This document shows, in pieces, positions 36,618 through 50,143 of a DNA stretch of 64,000 bases. Where the stretch lies: NCBI GenBank assembly GCA_000934665.2, contig JYFJ02001449.1, positions 1 through 64,000 on the forward strand, in the 5' to 3' direction. The notes beneath the pieces were generated by a model. That model saw nothing but the letters and a program-made list of their open reading frames with translations. It did no database searches and was not told the DNA's origin. The position numbers were made by a program, and so were the translations under genes. The stretch comes from Catajapyx aquilonaris. Its lineage: Eukaryota. Every line of letters starts with the position of its first letter. The stretch's first letter is position 1.

Positions 36618-39600
36618 CTATTTCATCAAACGCAATTCACACCAATAATAATGAAAAAACAATCAAACCGCAATGACAATCAGAATACAAAAATAGCATC
36701 GTGCGTGTGTGCCAATCACAAAATTTCCTAGGTTTTTCCCCCCCTCCTATTACACACCAACCCACGCCACTGTTCCAATATTGTGGTACAAATCGTAAAC
36801 AGACAGCGGCTTGTTTACAACCCCCAGACAAATTAGCTTTACCTGACAGCATTGGTTGGAAAACTTTGCGTTGTGGCAAAACCAGCGGTTGTCGCCATTG
36901 CAGCCGAGAGATGTCATTAATTTTTTATCGGTCTCCCGGAGTTGCTCATTACCAGTGGGGCTTGACCACATGACAAGTGGGTTTCGGTCATTTCATTATG
37001 GACCGTGGACAGCCAGGGAGGTTATCAGCAGACGGCAGCGTCTTCCTCCTGAGAGAGTAATGTGAAGCATTTACTCGGGGACAAGGAATCGCTGCTTTTA
37101 TGGCTGGGATAGCTGGGGACCAAGATTAAGACTCGGGAAGAAATTTCTTTTTTTTTGTGTGTGTGTGGTACGGTCAGGTCCGTCTTCTTGTCGGATTTTT
37201 CAGCTTCAAAAATGGGGGGGTATATGTGGCAAGTGGGGTCTTTCAAAGGGTGATGAGGGCTGCTGAGGACAGTTTTTTTCTTAAAAAAAGGAGGTGCACT
37301 CAGAAGCCTCTGAAGATTGAACGCGACAGATATGATGAGCTGGATGGGGAGTAAAAGGTAATGATTTCTATCGCTTATTAGTTATCTGAGTTGTGGTTGC
37401 GGGCATTTTTGGGGGAAGATAAATTCGGGCTGGTTGTGAAATTCTGTAGCAGTGGACTTGAGTTATTGATTCGACTCTTCACGTAAGTTCTTGAAGTCAA
37501 GAGGGCAAAATGATGCTTTTGACAAATAGTGCTCAATGCTATTAAAACATAACAGTCAGTTTCTTTTTTTTATTGGAATATTTGCCTTTTCGTCTGCAAC
37601 ATATTCGGACATATTCAGCAAACGAAGCCATACCGCAAGAATGATCATACTGAACAGAGACGATATCCTCACAAAGGATGGCGGAGAAAAGTAGATCAAA
37701 GCTACATTATATTGCAGAAAAATTTCGAAAAGATGACATCGCGTGACTGCACTTACAATCGAGAGACACTGCGCATCAGGGAGTGGTTTGACGCACTGTC
37801 TGATTTGGCTCTATTCACGCGGGATTTGGAATTTGGCATTCACTTGAAGTCGATCTGGAAGGAGGTGTCGCACGTCTGTTTTGTAAATTCAAGATCGCCT
37901 TGGCAAGAAGACCGTTACAAATCCGTTCAAAAATTCGGAACGACTTTACTTGACGACCCATGAAACCGGCCACAGTGTGTGGTAAAAAATACACTCAACA
38001 ACATGGGAATAAGGACACGCTGGGGAGTGAGTAAAATAATACTTAAAGTGAAACCTGTCCAGATTGGCTGGTTAAACAGGTTGCACTATTCAAAATCCGG
38101 TGAGAAACTATGAATTGGTTAAGTAAAGAAAAACCAAAATGCCAAGAGGATATGGACATTTTTGCCACCCAATTCATGTGAACATTACGTGGTCAGTGAT
38201 AAAAGAGACTGACTGTGAGAGCAAGCTTTTTGAATCGGTCCAGCTCTCCCAATAGCTCGTAGGCAAAATTTGCATCTCCAAAGCTTGGCTGTTAGCAATG
38301 TAAAATAGCTCGAATTTCCTCTCCAGATACATTTCCGCCCCATGTATTGCGCTCATATTGTACCGTCTCCTTCAACTGTACTCGCGCCTTTCCCAGTCAT
38401 TTGCTCCGAGAAACTAGGCTAAGTTGCACGGAAACTCCCGAAAATTTGTGAAGCGTCAAGATTCGGCTGATTACAAATTGCGCTGTGTCACTGGATCGAG
38501 GCCGATTACGCCAGATTGATACTCCTGTCCGGACCACGAAGTCTCTAGCTCCAGAAAAAAAAACCCTTTTCCCCTTTTCTCCTACACATCTTAGCTTCTC
38601 CATTCCAATGCAGATTCATCTAGTCCGCCAGAAGCCACTCTCAAAGGGGCTGAAGATAAAGCCCCTTCAAGTAACCTTTCTCATTACCTGGTATCTCTTC
38701 CAAATTGTTGGACCACCCTGTATTTTGCTTAGGCAAAGAACCCATTAGGAAAGGGTCGACCTGATTTTTTTTTCGAGAGAGAAAGAGCTGCAGGTGCATG
38801 GGGGGTGCTGCTAATACCGCCCATGGTGTTTCGGCCTCCGAGTTACCTCGAGTGCGATTAGAGCTCGTACTATCTTGAAAATTACCGCGAGTAATCCAAT
38901 CAGAGTAAACTCCGCGAGATACAAAATACCTATTTTTTGCGTGTAGCTCGGGTCGGAAGAGGAGGAGGTGGGGGGGTAATATAGGTAGAGAGAGAAATGT
39001 AACGCATTAAATCATGGCCCTGCCGATAAAACTCATTTCCCTACCCGAAAAGAGCGGTGGACTAGTCAATTTTTCAATTAACCTCCGTGTGGGTATGCAC
39101 ATATATCACACTGGGGGTAGATTTATCCCGGCATGAATTATGTGCAACATGGAAAAGGCACGCGAAAAGATGCTATCTGCATGTAGCGGACTCTGCGCAG
39201 CTTACTTCCAGATCATAAATTGCATACTAATTAATGCTGCTGGCACATACGAATGGACTTTTGATAACGCCTCACTCTGCCATTTCCCCCCCAGCCCAAA
39301 AAGAATTATTAAGGTGCCCCATTTTCAAAACACACTGTGTACTTAGGCTGATAGTAACATCCAGTGCTGAGCACATGATCCTCTCCTGTCCCTACACGGA
39401 TAATAAAACTCCAAATGATCGATGTTTAATAAGCCGTTGGAATTTAATTACACCCGGAGAGGTGACGTTGAAAAATTTGACCACCCTCTTTTTTTTGGTC
39501 ACGCCTCTCTAAGCAGGTTCATCGCTTCCAATAAAATAATTACACACATGACATTTTCGGCTCCAAGTAGAGAGTCGCTTAGGTACAATTAAAGCGCATT

Positions 39601-39919
39601 TGATGTATTAGTTTCCAGCGTCTGAGCTTGGGAAAAGCAATGATCCCAGACTATGCATCGTGACAAAGTCCTCAAAAGGCATGCTGTGCACCTCTTTCCA
39701 GCCGCCATTTTCCCACCAGCCCTCACTTGACTTGAAAAGCACATTACCGGAATCAGCCCTCCCCTGCACACAATGATGGATCGTTGCATTTCTCACCAGT
39801 TGGCAGCCATTGATCACAGCTAATGCGCTTCAGCCAAATTATTATTTATGTTCCGGCCACGCAATAATAATACAAAAGTGAAGGACTATAGTCTTATACC
39901 TAACCGTACCATAATTCGC

Positions 39920-39934
39920 CCTAACCTAACCTAA
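39920..39934. repeat. (CCTAA)3, arthropod-type telomeric pentamer, interstitial
   Basis: cctaacctaacctaa plus one further cctaa at 39899. Too short to be diagnostic. Confidence 0.35.
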
Positions 39935-42900
39935 ATTGCGCTCTCTTTCCACATCCAGAAGACCGTTTACATACCCGTCACCTGATGCGGCATCCCTTCC
40001 TCTGGACTCAGGTCACGATTCCAGCAGACCTCGCCCTCAGAACAAATCATTACTGGAGCTTTCCAGGGGAGATATTATTGCTTGCTCCTGGAGACCTGGA
40101 TATATATACACCATCCCCGGTCCAGAAGTCACGACCAGACGCAAGTGGCCTTCCTAATGAGGATTTAATGCATTGTCGGGATTATGTGTCGCTTTTCTCT
40201 CTTCGGCCACCCATTAACTAATTAGCACTGGCCAACCCCTGCTAGCACTTTTTTTTCTCTCTCTCTCTCGCTGATGATTCATCAAAGTTATGACCAGGGC
40301 TTGGGTCAATTACCCCCACAAGATCATATATATTTTTTAGTTTTTTGTGCCTCGGGGGTCAACCAACCGGGCTTATTCTCCCATGAGCGAAACTTGTCCC
40401 TGTTGCATTTCATGATGCTGCGTACTGTAGGCGTCCGGCTGTGTTTTCTAATGCTTATGAAAGCCTCGCACAATGCAGGCCTACGGCACATGCTGGCACA
40501 TGCTGGCCGGTCCTTTCCTGGAACACACACAAAAAATAGTTTAAAAAAAGGTGCATTCCAGCCACAATTACCATGCTAGTCAAAAGCATGAACTTTTTTT
40601 GTGTGTGGAGCTGAATGAACATTGCACGGCCCCATTTTTTTATTATTGGATTCTAACCTCTCCCAACATTCACAAATACCAGTGTTAGCCGGTGGCCAAA
40701 AAAAATCCACTTCATTTATGCCTGCTCATCCTTGAATGCAAATAACAGATATGACTGAATTATTCATGAGCAATAGTTGAGCAGATACCAGCATGGATGG
40801 GGGGGGAGGGGGAGATAGTTTCCTATGCAAGACCAGAACAATCGTTATCTGACCGCAGCTTTACACTGTTAATGTAATTGTTCCAGATGACAATTAAACT
40901 TCTCCGATTCCGCATTACGCGGGGTTATGGAAACAAATGCAGTTTTAATCCGTTGCCCCCATTTCCGCGGAAAGCTTATGTTACCGACAGTATTTTTTAG
41001 GACATACGGTTCCAAAACGAATTCCTATAGCCCACCCATTATATGAAAACAGCAGGGGGTTTTCATGGCACTTTCGGTACTCGACTTGAACCTAGGGTAT
41101 GCAGGCTGTAATAATTGGCTTATTACAGAGGGGATATTAAAATTATTGAAATACTCAGCTCGCGACAGGTGACCACGGTATGCCTAAATGACCTTACAAC
41201 CAGAGGAGACCAGAGGCTGATCTTTAATGTTTATTTATCGCACCACCGGATGCAGGATTTTCTTACATAATTGGATACAAACATGTTCAGAGAAAGCCCC
41301 GGAATTACGCTGAAAATTAGTCCCCGTCGACAATATGAAATGTTTTCAAAAAGAGCACCAAACTAGGATGATTAAAAGCTTTTGTCACGTCTCGAAAAGG
41401 TAGTCCAAAAGCACCAGACTTGGTCACCCTAAAATTATGTGGATGCAGATTTCTTCGCTGGTGTCGTTTGAAGTTATTCACGAGGCTTTTCAGCGAAAAT
41501 CCTCGACACTGTAAATGAACGCAGACGGAATAATATTTTCTGGTTGGCACTGCTCGAAATGAAATCTGCAATCACCGCCGCAGCCACACCTTTTCTGCCC
41601 TCGAAAATGCAAATTTCCAGGCGGGTTTTCCAGGCTGGTCTGGGGGGTTTATACTCTCTCTCTCTCTCACTTGTTCAAGTCAACTCTTGCTGCTGCAAAA
41701 TGCGGCCAAATACACCGGAATATTCTGCCCCTCTCTCTCTCAAAACTCTCGAAAATGCAAAATATACCCCCAGCGGACTGCATTATCTTGAGAAAAACAA
41801 CTCCATCCAGGGCCTGAGTTTGTTGTGAAAAGCCTGGGATTTTTTTGGGGAGGGTTGGTTGCATTGAGAGATTGCACAATCCAGCTGACACATTTCACTG
41901 CAGGACATCAGGCACATACACATGTATACTTCCATCCTCTAAAAAAATGACGTGGGTGGAGAGAAAGGGAAGGTGGGGAGGGGGATGGAGTACTACTGCA
42001 TTTGACATTTGACATGACACAACAGAGGGAAAAGCTACACTGCAACAGCTGCGGACCGTGTGACAAAGTTGCGACGGGTCCGTGCAACCCCTATAGAAAG
42101 ATTATTACCCGGTTACACTAACTGCTGGTGCTGCTCACACTACGATTTGGTTTCCTCAATGGGACAAATCGGAGCATCGATACAATCTACTCGAAAGAGC
42201 TGCTGGTGACTTGTTAGCGGAAGGATTCCAAAACTACTGTACTTACCATTCACTGCGTAGTTTTAGACACAAACGGCAGTTTCATTTTTCAGAAACAAAC
42301 AGAGAGAAAAATGTCGCGTTATCGTAAATCCAGGCGGAACGACAGCGCCCTCTCCCCCGTACTAAAAGCCTTTCTCAATCTACTTTCCAGGCAATTACGC
42401 TCCGTAATTAGGGTTTCTAGCCGAACATTGCCAGTTTGATTGCAGTAGTGTTACGTACGATGTAATCAAAGATGTATTTGCACAGGAAATGAAATTTCTC
42501 TTCACAAACAGCGCCCTGCGACACTCTCCTCCTATACCCGTTCTCAAGTTGCTATTCAGAGACAGGGACAACAAAACGCTCATAAAAAACGTATAGTGTG
42601 TGGAAAGGGGGTCGGATTGCTGCCGTGAAACAATCTCGTGTGCATGAAACTGCTCGCACATGTCATATTTTCTGCATGTGAGCGAAGGTTACCCGCACTC
42701 TCACGCAAACCCTGGGCTAAACTCCTGGACTAAAAAGCATGCGGAAAATTGGCACGTCCCGGAGACATCTTGTTAAAAATGTATATTTTTATTTATTTAT
42801 TTTAGTGCATTTTATTAATTCAGAAATATTGTTTTACCGTGGTCTTCCGAATAACTACCTGAAATATTTTATTTAAAACTGCCAATTGCTGCTGGGCAAG

Positions 42901-43413
42901 TTACAGTAACAATAGTTAGCAGGTGGCGACTATACGGCACCTCCGTTTTTTGGACGATTGCAGTTCTCACATTGTGGGGATACCCTCAGGCGAAAGAGGC
43001 AGACACAAAATGCCCATTTTCGACAGGGTATGGGGCTGCACTGGTCCTGGCCCCAGCAAAGTGAGAGAATGCTCCCTCATCGTCTCTAGCTCTCTTCTCT
43101 CTTGTAATGAACTTTGCTTGAAGCCACGCTCCGCCGCAGAAACGGAATTTCATGCTCATCGAGAAGAGTACACCCAAGCCCTCCATCTTTGCCTACTTTC
43201 CGAGGGTATTACTCCAATCCCAGCCACTGGCCTACTCAACTACTCCATTATTACGTCGCATTTACTGCGGCCGGGAGAGTTTTAATTCCACTTCGTTACA
43301 GGACCGAGGAAGCCGCCGCATCTAGCCGAGACAATAATATGAGAGAGCCATGTTGCAAAGCATAAAATGACTATTTATTTTTGAGGCAAACACGTTTTCC
43401 TCCTCTCCTGCAG

Positions 43414-43476
43414 AACGGCCTAAAAGGAAAGTTACTTCAATCGTGTCAACATCTCTCGGTGGCTGTGTAGTAGCAG
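43414..43476 (+). other. Candidate 63-nt phase 1-1 cassette exon
   Basis: ttttcctcctctcctgCAG|...GCAG|GTATCA. Open in phase 1: RPKRKVTSIVSTSLGGCVVA. The donor is weak. Confidence 0.2.
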
Positions 43477-44077
43477 GTATCAGTTATTTTTGTTACATGC
43501 ATGTTATTTGGCGAGAGAGCTGCAACCTACTTTGCAGAGAGACCTTACCGTCCGCCCATATCTGATTGGTAATTACACGCGGTCGCAATGACTTCCAGGC
43601 CCCTATTTCATGCTGTCCGATCGAGCCGCGTCCCAGCCTAACTCGCATTCTGTTCTATAGACGAGGGTATTTTTTTTTTTGGATGAGGGGGAGGGGCTGG
43701 GTGACATTCGACAGGCTTTGACACTCTTGGGTGAAGGGTGCGAGACATTGCAGTAAATTGATGCCGAATGAGTGCGTTGAAATTTAAATTAACACTGCCA
43801 TTACCGAGCAACGCCCCTGAATAATTGGATATACTTTAAGGTGGTAATTGCACATTTAGTTCAAGAAATTGTTTATAAGTCACACCTCAATTGAAAGATA
43901 AACACATTTCCAGAAATATCAGCCACCTTTTTAGTAACTCCTTCAAATATGACGTGATCATCAATCCGACCTAACGTGACAAATGATCTGCAAATTATTA
44001 TCGAAATGGTTGCGGAGACAACACCGGGGGGGGGGGGGGGNCCCCAAGCCCAGAAATCCACCAAAAACTGAGCCATT

Positions 44078-44101
44078 CCCCCACCCCCACCCCCACCCCC
44101 C
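44078..44101 (-). other. G-quadruplex-forming motif G6TG5TG5TG5
   Basis: cccccacccccacccccacccccc on +: four G-tracts of at least 5 with 1-nt loops on the minus strand. Confidence 0.7.
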
Positions 44102-45244
44102 TCCGAATCGAGTAGAAATCTTGCCTAAATATCAATTTTTGCCTCGCATCAAAAACACCAGTCACGAAATGGGATTTTTGACCACAAAAAAAGTTGATGG
44201 AAAAAATCGCGTGCCAGAGACTTCCCTCCTCCACCTCTGAAAAAAAAGAGGCGTCGGTGGGTACTTATGCCAGACCCAATGGAGCTCTTTGTCTTGGCCT
44301 GCCAGAATCCCCGGATTCCATTACGGGTTTTGTAACCAGGACCATCAGCCCCTGGGGGCGGATAAAAATCGCCAAATATTGTTTTTGAATAACCCTCTCA
44401 CCAGGTCCTCCTCTTATAAAAAAAGAACCGGGTCTCGAAATCCAATTAACGATGTATTTTCGATTATACGCCTTCCCCATGCCAAGGACCTGCAGGTGAC
44501 CCGCAAAAGTCTGGCCACATAGGCAATAATATTATATTGTTGGTTGCCAGGATGCCACCAATATTGTAAACCAACAATACAATTACCTATGTGTCCTGTA
44601 TATCTATCAGTATAAATTAATATCCGTGATATTATACCAGCAATCAAAATTTCTTGCAAAGTTTTTGTTCCAGCTGGTTGATGACTTTTGCTATTTCTGC
44701 CAAATGCGAGTCCTCTCCTGACTTAAACATGTCCTCTCTTTTTTTTGCAAAAAATTTCGATACAGGCAGAGAAGCTGCTAATTAACATGAGCGAAACCCA
44801 TTCATCCGGACTCCCTCCATCTGTCTCCCCACCGTACATTTCACGCATGACGGTGCAGTTCAGGACGTCCCCCTCATCTCCCCACTTTTTTTTTGGAGGG
44901 CGAATTGGGGAGGAAAAGGGGGTGGTGCAATTGCAGCGCGAATATGCGTAAAGTCCTCCCGAGGGTGTAATCGGCCGAAATTGTTGACAAGGTGGAGGAA
45001 AGAGAGGACAAAAAGAACTGTGGGGGGTGCTCGGAGGACGAATCGCCCGAGAGACGTTAAATTCGGGATGACACCCAGGGGACATCCAGGGGAGGTCCCT
45101 CTATATGTAGCGTATACCTCTTTGTAAAGGAGAGCTGCTTTAAACGGAAGGCAAACGAGGCTCGGTGGCAATAAAAAGTAAGGATTGGACAAATGAGGCC
45201 CACAGGCATGGATGCTGCTGTGCAAGGCAGAGTCACAGAGAAGG

Positions 45245-45260
45245 GAGAGAGAGAGAGAGA
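45245..45260. repeat. (GA)8 microsatellite
   Basis: Read directly from the sequence. Confidence 0.9.
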
Positions 45261-45542
45261 AAAAAACGTGTCGAGTTTACTGACGGGTCCTGGGTGACAT
45301 AAAATGCTAAATAAAACTGGATGATAATTTACTCGATTTTCTCTCTGGCTTGGGTTTTACTGCTTGCTCTAAAACTGATTGGCCACGCCTTTGGTGCGGC
45401 CACAACGCAGTGCTAAAAATATCGTTTTCATACTCTTTCCTCGCGCTAAGCAATATGCAACAATGGGTTTTTTTTGCTGTGTAATCAAGCCCAGTTTTTG
45501 TGAAGTGTGATACTGAAGTGCTGTGTTTTCTTTTCGTTTCAG

Positions 45543-45602
45543 ATGATTTGCAAACTGGAGTGGCAGTAGGCAGCCTGCGTCATTCAAGAATAGCCAGATA
45601 TT
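45543..45602 (+). other. Candidate 60-nt phase 1-1 cassette exon
   Basis: gtgttttcttttcgtttCAG|ATGATTTG...GATATT|GTAAGT. Length is divisible by 3 and only phase 1 is open (DLQTGVAVGSLRHSRIARY). Confidence 0.35.
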
Positions 45603-48600
45603 GTAAGTGCTTATCTATACGCGTTCAAGAGTTTTCGTCATGTGTGAATGTGACCTCCCGGGTTGACCTCCGGCTGCGTTTCGGCCCAAACGGCTGTCGG
45701 ATGCGATTAGATCTGAACCGTTTTTCACATGCATCCTTCTAATTCGCATTTCGTGCTGCTGACTCGCTCGTTCTACTCGACCCCTTGCTACTTGCTACTA
45801 CCGCGAAACCCCCCTTAGAGGCCGATATGGATTCCGATCTCAAACCTCTGTCCCCGCCCCTCCCTTCACTTATAATACACTCTATATGGACAAAGCACGG
45901 AAAGTTAGGACGACCTGCAACTTAGTGATAATATTGCTATTGAAAAGTAGCAGTGATCGAAGGACAGTAACAAAATGGTCCAGTACATTTACCGCTATTT
46001 TCACAAATCCGCTGTTTTTTTCTTCAAAAAGGTGACCTCCGACCCTAGCGTCATTCTTGCCAGCAAAAGCACCAGGAGCAGTAGCATTGTTAGTGCTGGG
46101 CCATAACCTGGTCTCCTCCCTTGCACCTAACCATTAAGCATTTACAATCCCATCTCTTATTTATGGCTAAAAGGAATACTTACTCGCATTATGGCTCCGT
46201 TACAATTAAGGCGGAGATTAATGGTGGCAGTAGCGTTTAACGGCCTACTCCAATTAACAGGTCGGGCAAACTGCTGATCTAATCTCCGAGTGCAAAATAC
46301 AAAGAAGACGGCTTGTTTCTTGGTTCAGAGGAGGATTTTACTGCATTGTCTGTTGTCCAGGTTAGTTGCCATTTGCATGAGCTGTACTCTTGTACTTGAT
46401 TAAGGGTTGTTCCGTATAGGCCCGACTGCAACGAGCCTAATTTTTGCTGGTGTCGGGGCAGTAGGACATATCCAGTGTACATTGGCCACATCCAGCCGGA
46501 CAGCCTGCTGCGCTTGTAATAATGCAAATAATTTAGCGCGCGTTTTCACCGACTCGTTATAATGGGGTCCAGGACAGGTGTAACCATGCACCGAAAACCA
46601 GTGTGACAATCAGACATTCCGCTGTCCGTGGAGCGCAGTGCACATTAATATTCCGTTTCATTTGTGTTCCACTTGTAGTTGCACGTACTGTACCTAAAAT
46701 TTTCATATAAAAATATGACTAGTCCCATTACGATATTCAGTCGGTATTTCAAGCAGTTTCATTCCGGGTGAACAGCAAAACACCGTAATTTCACGGAAGA
46801 TCGGAGGGATCAACGTGTACTCTGTGCATCGAGACAAAGTACAACTAATGTAGAGGCTCAGTGCCTGCACTTACACGAGTTTAACGGTGCCTTTATCCGG
46901 AAATCGCGGGAATTAATGCTAAAAGCTTATAGCCTTCTGCTGGGTATGCTATGCCAAGTGTGACAAAGTAAAACGAATGGAAGCCCTCGCTATATGAACC
47001 TTGTACAGAAATCGTGCCAGTAATGAGACTAACGACCTTCTGCAGACTATGGAAACTGCGTTTCATGCAAACACCGGTGTAGACCTAATCACGAGATTCC
47101 ATGTTGCGCGAAGCAAAGTTTTTTTTTTGCTTACGTAAGTGTTAAAAATCTGGCGAGAAAAAAAACCGTAACTTGATAAAAGATCGGCTTCCACTGCTTT
47201 TTTTCCCCTGTGCGCAAGGCTTGTTAACCTCGTGTTTAACGTCATATGTCTACAGGGCAAAGGTGGCGTTGCAATTTTTGGTCGGACCATAGCGGACAAG
47301 GGTTGTCCCAACACTGTCAGAACCGTCCGTCACTTTACAGGAGAGTAACTGCGGCACAAAAATGTTTCACGCTCGTTTTACAGAAAATGTTGCGTAATGG
47401 ACATCACATAGCAAAACTGTGGCTGCGGCACATATTTCAAGAGTACCTTTCCTTACTGCAGTTTACCAATCAAAGTAAAATGTTGATTGCTCCAGCACAT
47501 GGCCCTGTAGTTGAATTTTATAACCGCTTGTATTTCATAGTTTCAGCAGATGACCTGTATTATTATAGGGCAGTGCACCTCCCTCCCGCTGGAGACGCGC
47601 CAGCAAAAATAACGCAACATGAAAAAATTCCGACTGAAAACCGCGACGTCAGTTCCATTCGTTTACACCGTAATTGTAATGGCTCCCCTCCGTCACGCCA
47701 TAATTTGTACAAGTTACTTTTACATCACGAACTTGGAGGTCATTTCGGAGGCGCTTTGTCTCCGAAACCGTATCCCCCCGCAGCGCTTTCCCATTGCGGA
47801 GATATTTAGCACCGAGAGCGCAAAAACCAGTTATGTTGCCCACAGACTTGAAGGCCTCTATATATATTTTTTACTTCTCGCTGCTTCCTTCCAGCGAAGT
47901 AATTCCTGGCTGTTCCACAAATTTTGGGGAAGGTTTTCTTTTTTTTTTCTTTATTATTTTTTTTTTAAAGGAGGAAAAGTGAGGCTGTCTCGCCAGAGGC
48001 GGAAGGCTTCTCAAGACTCGGCTGCTTGGCAGGAAGCGGCGTCGCCGTAACTTAGGAATCGCCATATGCTATGACTTCATCGGTCGGAGGGCTGCAGGCA
48101 CATTGCTACAAAGTGCATTGCAAGACCGCTGGAGAAAAGGACAAAGTTAAAATAATAATAATAAAAAAACGAGAGAAATAGAAACAGATAGCGGAGACCG
48201 GCCCCCGTGGCTCTGAGGGGAGGAAAAGACATGTATTTCGGACGTATAAAAGGTGCAGTAAACTTAGTTGCTGTTTCTGTTATTGCGGAGTAGCCTGTGA
48301 CGTCTGGTGCATAGCCGGACTTGCATGAGGACATTTTGCCGATGAATCACTTGAAAGCATCCATCATGTGGGTCGCATATGTTACGACCTCACGGCCTTG
48401 CAAGAAAAAGCTGGAAGAAAAGCTCAAAACTTAGAGCGTTACACCATCGTGGTCCACAGTATAAGCATTATTCCATGAACCAACATTGTTAATATATTTA
48501 CTTAGTAAACTGCCTGGAAGACTAGAGCAAGGCCAAGAGCTTTGCATCAATTACTTTAAAACCGAGCATGAGAGATGGCGAAAACTGTGCTGTTCTGAGC

Positions 48601-50140
48601 ATAAATCCAGTTTGACCTGCATGTAAGGGAGGAGCGGCATTTATTCGTCAGGGGAGAGGCCTGGCCCGGGCCAAAGTAATGCATTTACATTCCCAGAAGC
48701 ATGGTGCCACACTGTACCTTGCAAATTACAGCCTCCAGGTAGATGTCAGGAAGCAGCGCAGTTTATCAAAGCGGAGCAACGCCGCTGACGCTGGTTTGAA
48801 ACAAGCACTGCGTGTTTAAAATGTACTACAGAGTCACCAGGGCGTATTCTGCCCAGCGCTGCTGACGGACTATACACACGGCTGAAACCAAGCCTATACA
48901 CTAGACCTACGGCTACTATTATACCAGGTTTTATTTTTAGAATCACAGGTGGGGGGGAAAATGTCTGCTGCTAATGTTCAGAGGTTTTGCTGAATGGCTT
49001 TACAGCTAGCCACGTTATCTTCGGTTCAGACTTAGACTTTGCCAAAAACTTCTTTAATGTAACTGCAACACCCGGACCAGAGAAGCGATCGTTTGCCTCA
49101 CCCTTTTTGTGGAAATTGGCTATCATCAAGCGGCTGTGGCCTGGAAACGAACGCACCTGTATGCAAAATGCGTGGGCACTAAAAGCCCTAGCCCACACGG
49201 TCGATTGTCACCTAAGCTTCACCTTTTGGCGCACCCCTCCCTCCCCCCCCCCCTCAAAAAAAAACCGCGGGAGGCCCGAGCTGGATGTGAAGCCGGATTA
49301 GGCCGTTTTGGAGTCGAGGTTCCGACGTGCCAGGGGTCTGAACCGCCATTAAGCCACATGACTGCTTCGTATAGGGTGGGCCCAAAATGGGAAGGCCGCG
49401 GTCCCAAACACGGTCTCACGACTTACCCCTACAAATTGTAGCCTAAAAAAGGGCTGGGCCTCCCCCAAAAAAACCCAATGTCACAGTGGGCACCACTCTA
49501 CGCTTCAAGACGGATTAAGTGCCCTCGGTTTGTGGAGAGAAGAGGAAAAAAAAATCCGGGTTGTTTTCATACCTCCAACCGGACCAAGGTCGTACAAACA
49601 CAGATTTGCACGCGGCTTAGGGACTAACTGCCAGTTAGTGCCGCAAGTGTTAAAACCGCATTTATGTTATGGCCTCGGACATGACCCCGAGAGGTTCCGC
49701 CCAGGCTGGTGTGTGTACATAGCCAGTAATTTGCGGAGCAAATCCTCTGAGAATACTTAGCGTTTTGGAAACAAGTTTGTCTTTGGGGCCCCGTCACTCT
49801 CGAAATATTCTGTCCAGTTTAGGACCCCCCCCTCTTTTCTAAAGACTGGTTTTTGTGCGCCGTGAAAGCTTATTTGCTAAGGTGCTGGACAAAAGGACTT
49901 GTTCTGTTTACCTTCCTGGCAGCGAAGTAGTTTGTTCCTCCGGTTTTATTAAGGAGAACAATGCGGTGCTGTACTTGCCACTCTGCACACGAAGACCGGC
50001 TAACTACACCCGAATTCGAATCAGGCGCCGGTACGTACACTCATTTGTCCAGCCAACTTTGGGACACACCAACCAGAGTCAATGACACGCTCTCGAGGGA
50101 ACTGCTGGCTATTCTTCACCTGCGAAATATTTTTCCTCAG

Positions 50141-50143
50141 CCT
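50141..50143 (+). other. Candidate 3-nt microexon (CCT)
   Basis: tattcttcacctgcgaaatatttttcctCAG|CCT|GTAAGT. Confidence 0.3.

Noticed and set aside
47246..47809. 187-aa ORF on + and overlapping 143-aa ORF
   Set aside because: No recognisable homology or exon boundaries; the overlapping ORF runs through low-complexity T tracts.
48246..48271. TATAAAAG plus TTAGTT as a TATA/Inr promoter
   Set aside because: The spacing of about 22 nt is too short for a TATA-Inr pair.
48515..48525. tggaagactag, the first 11 nt of miR-7
   Set aside because: The match stops there and there is no hairpin.
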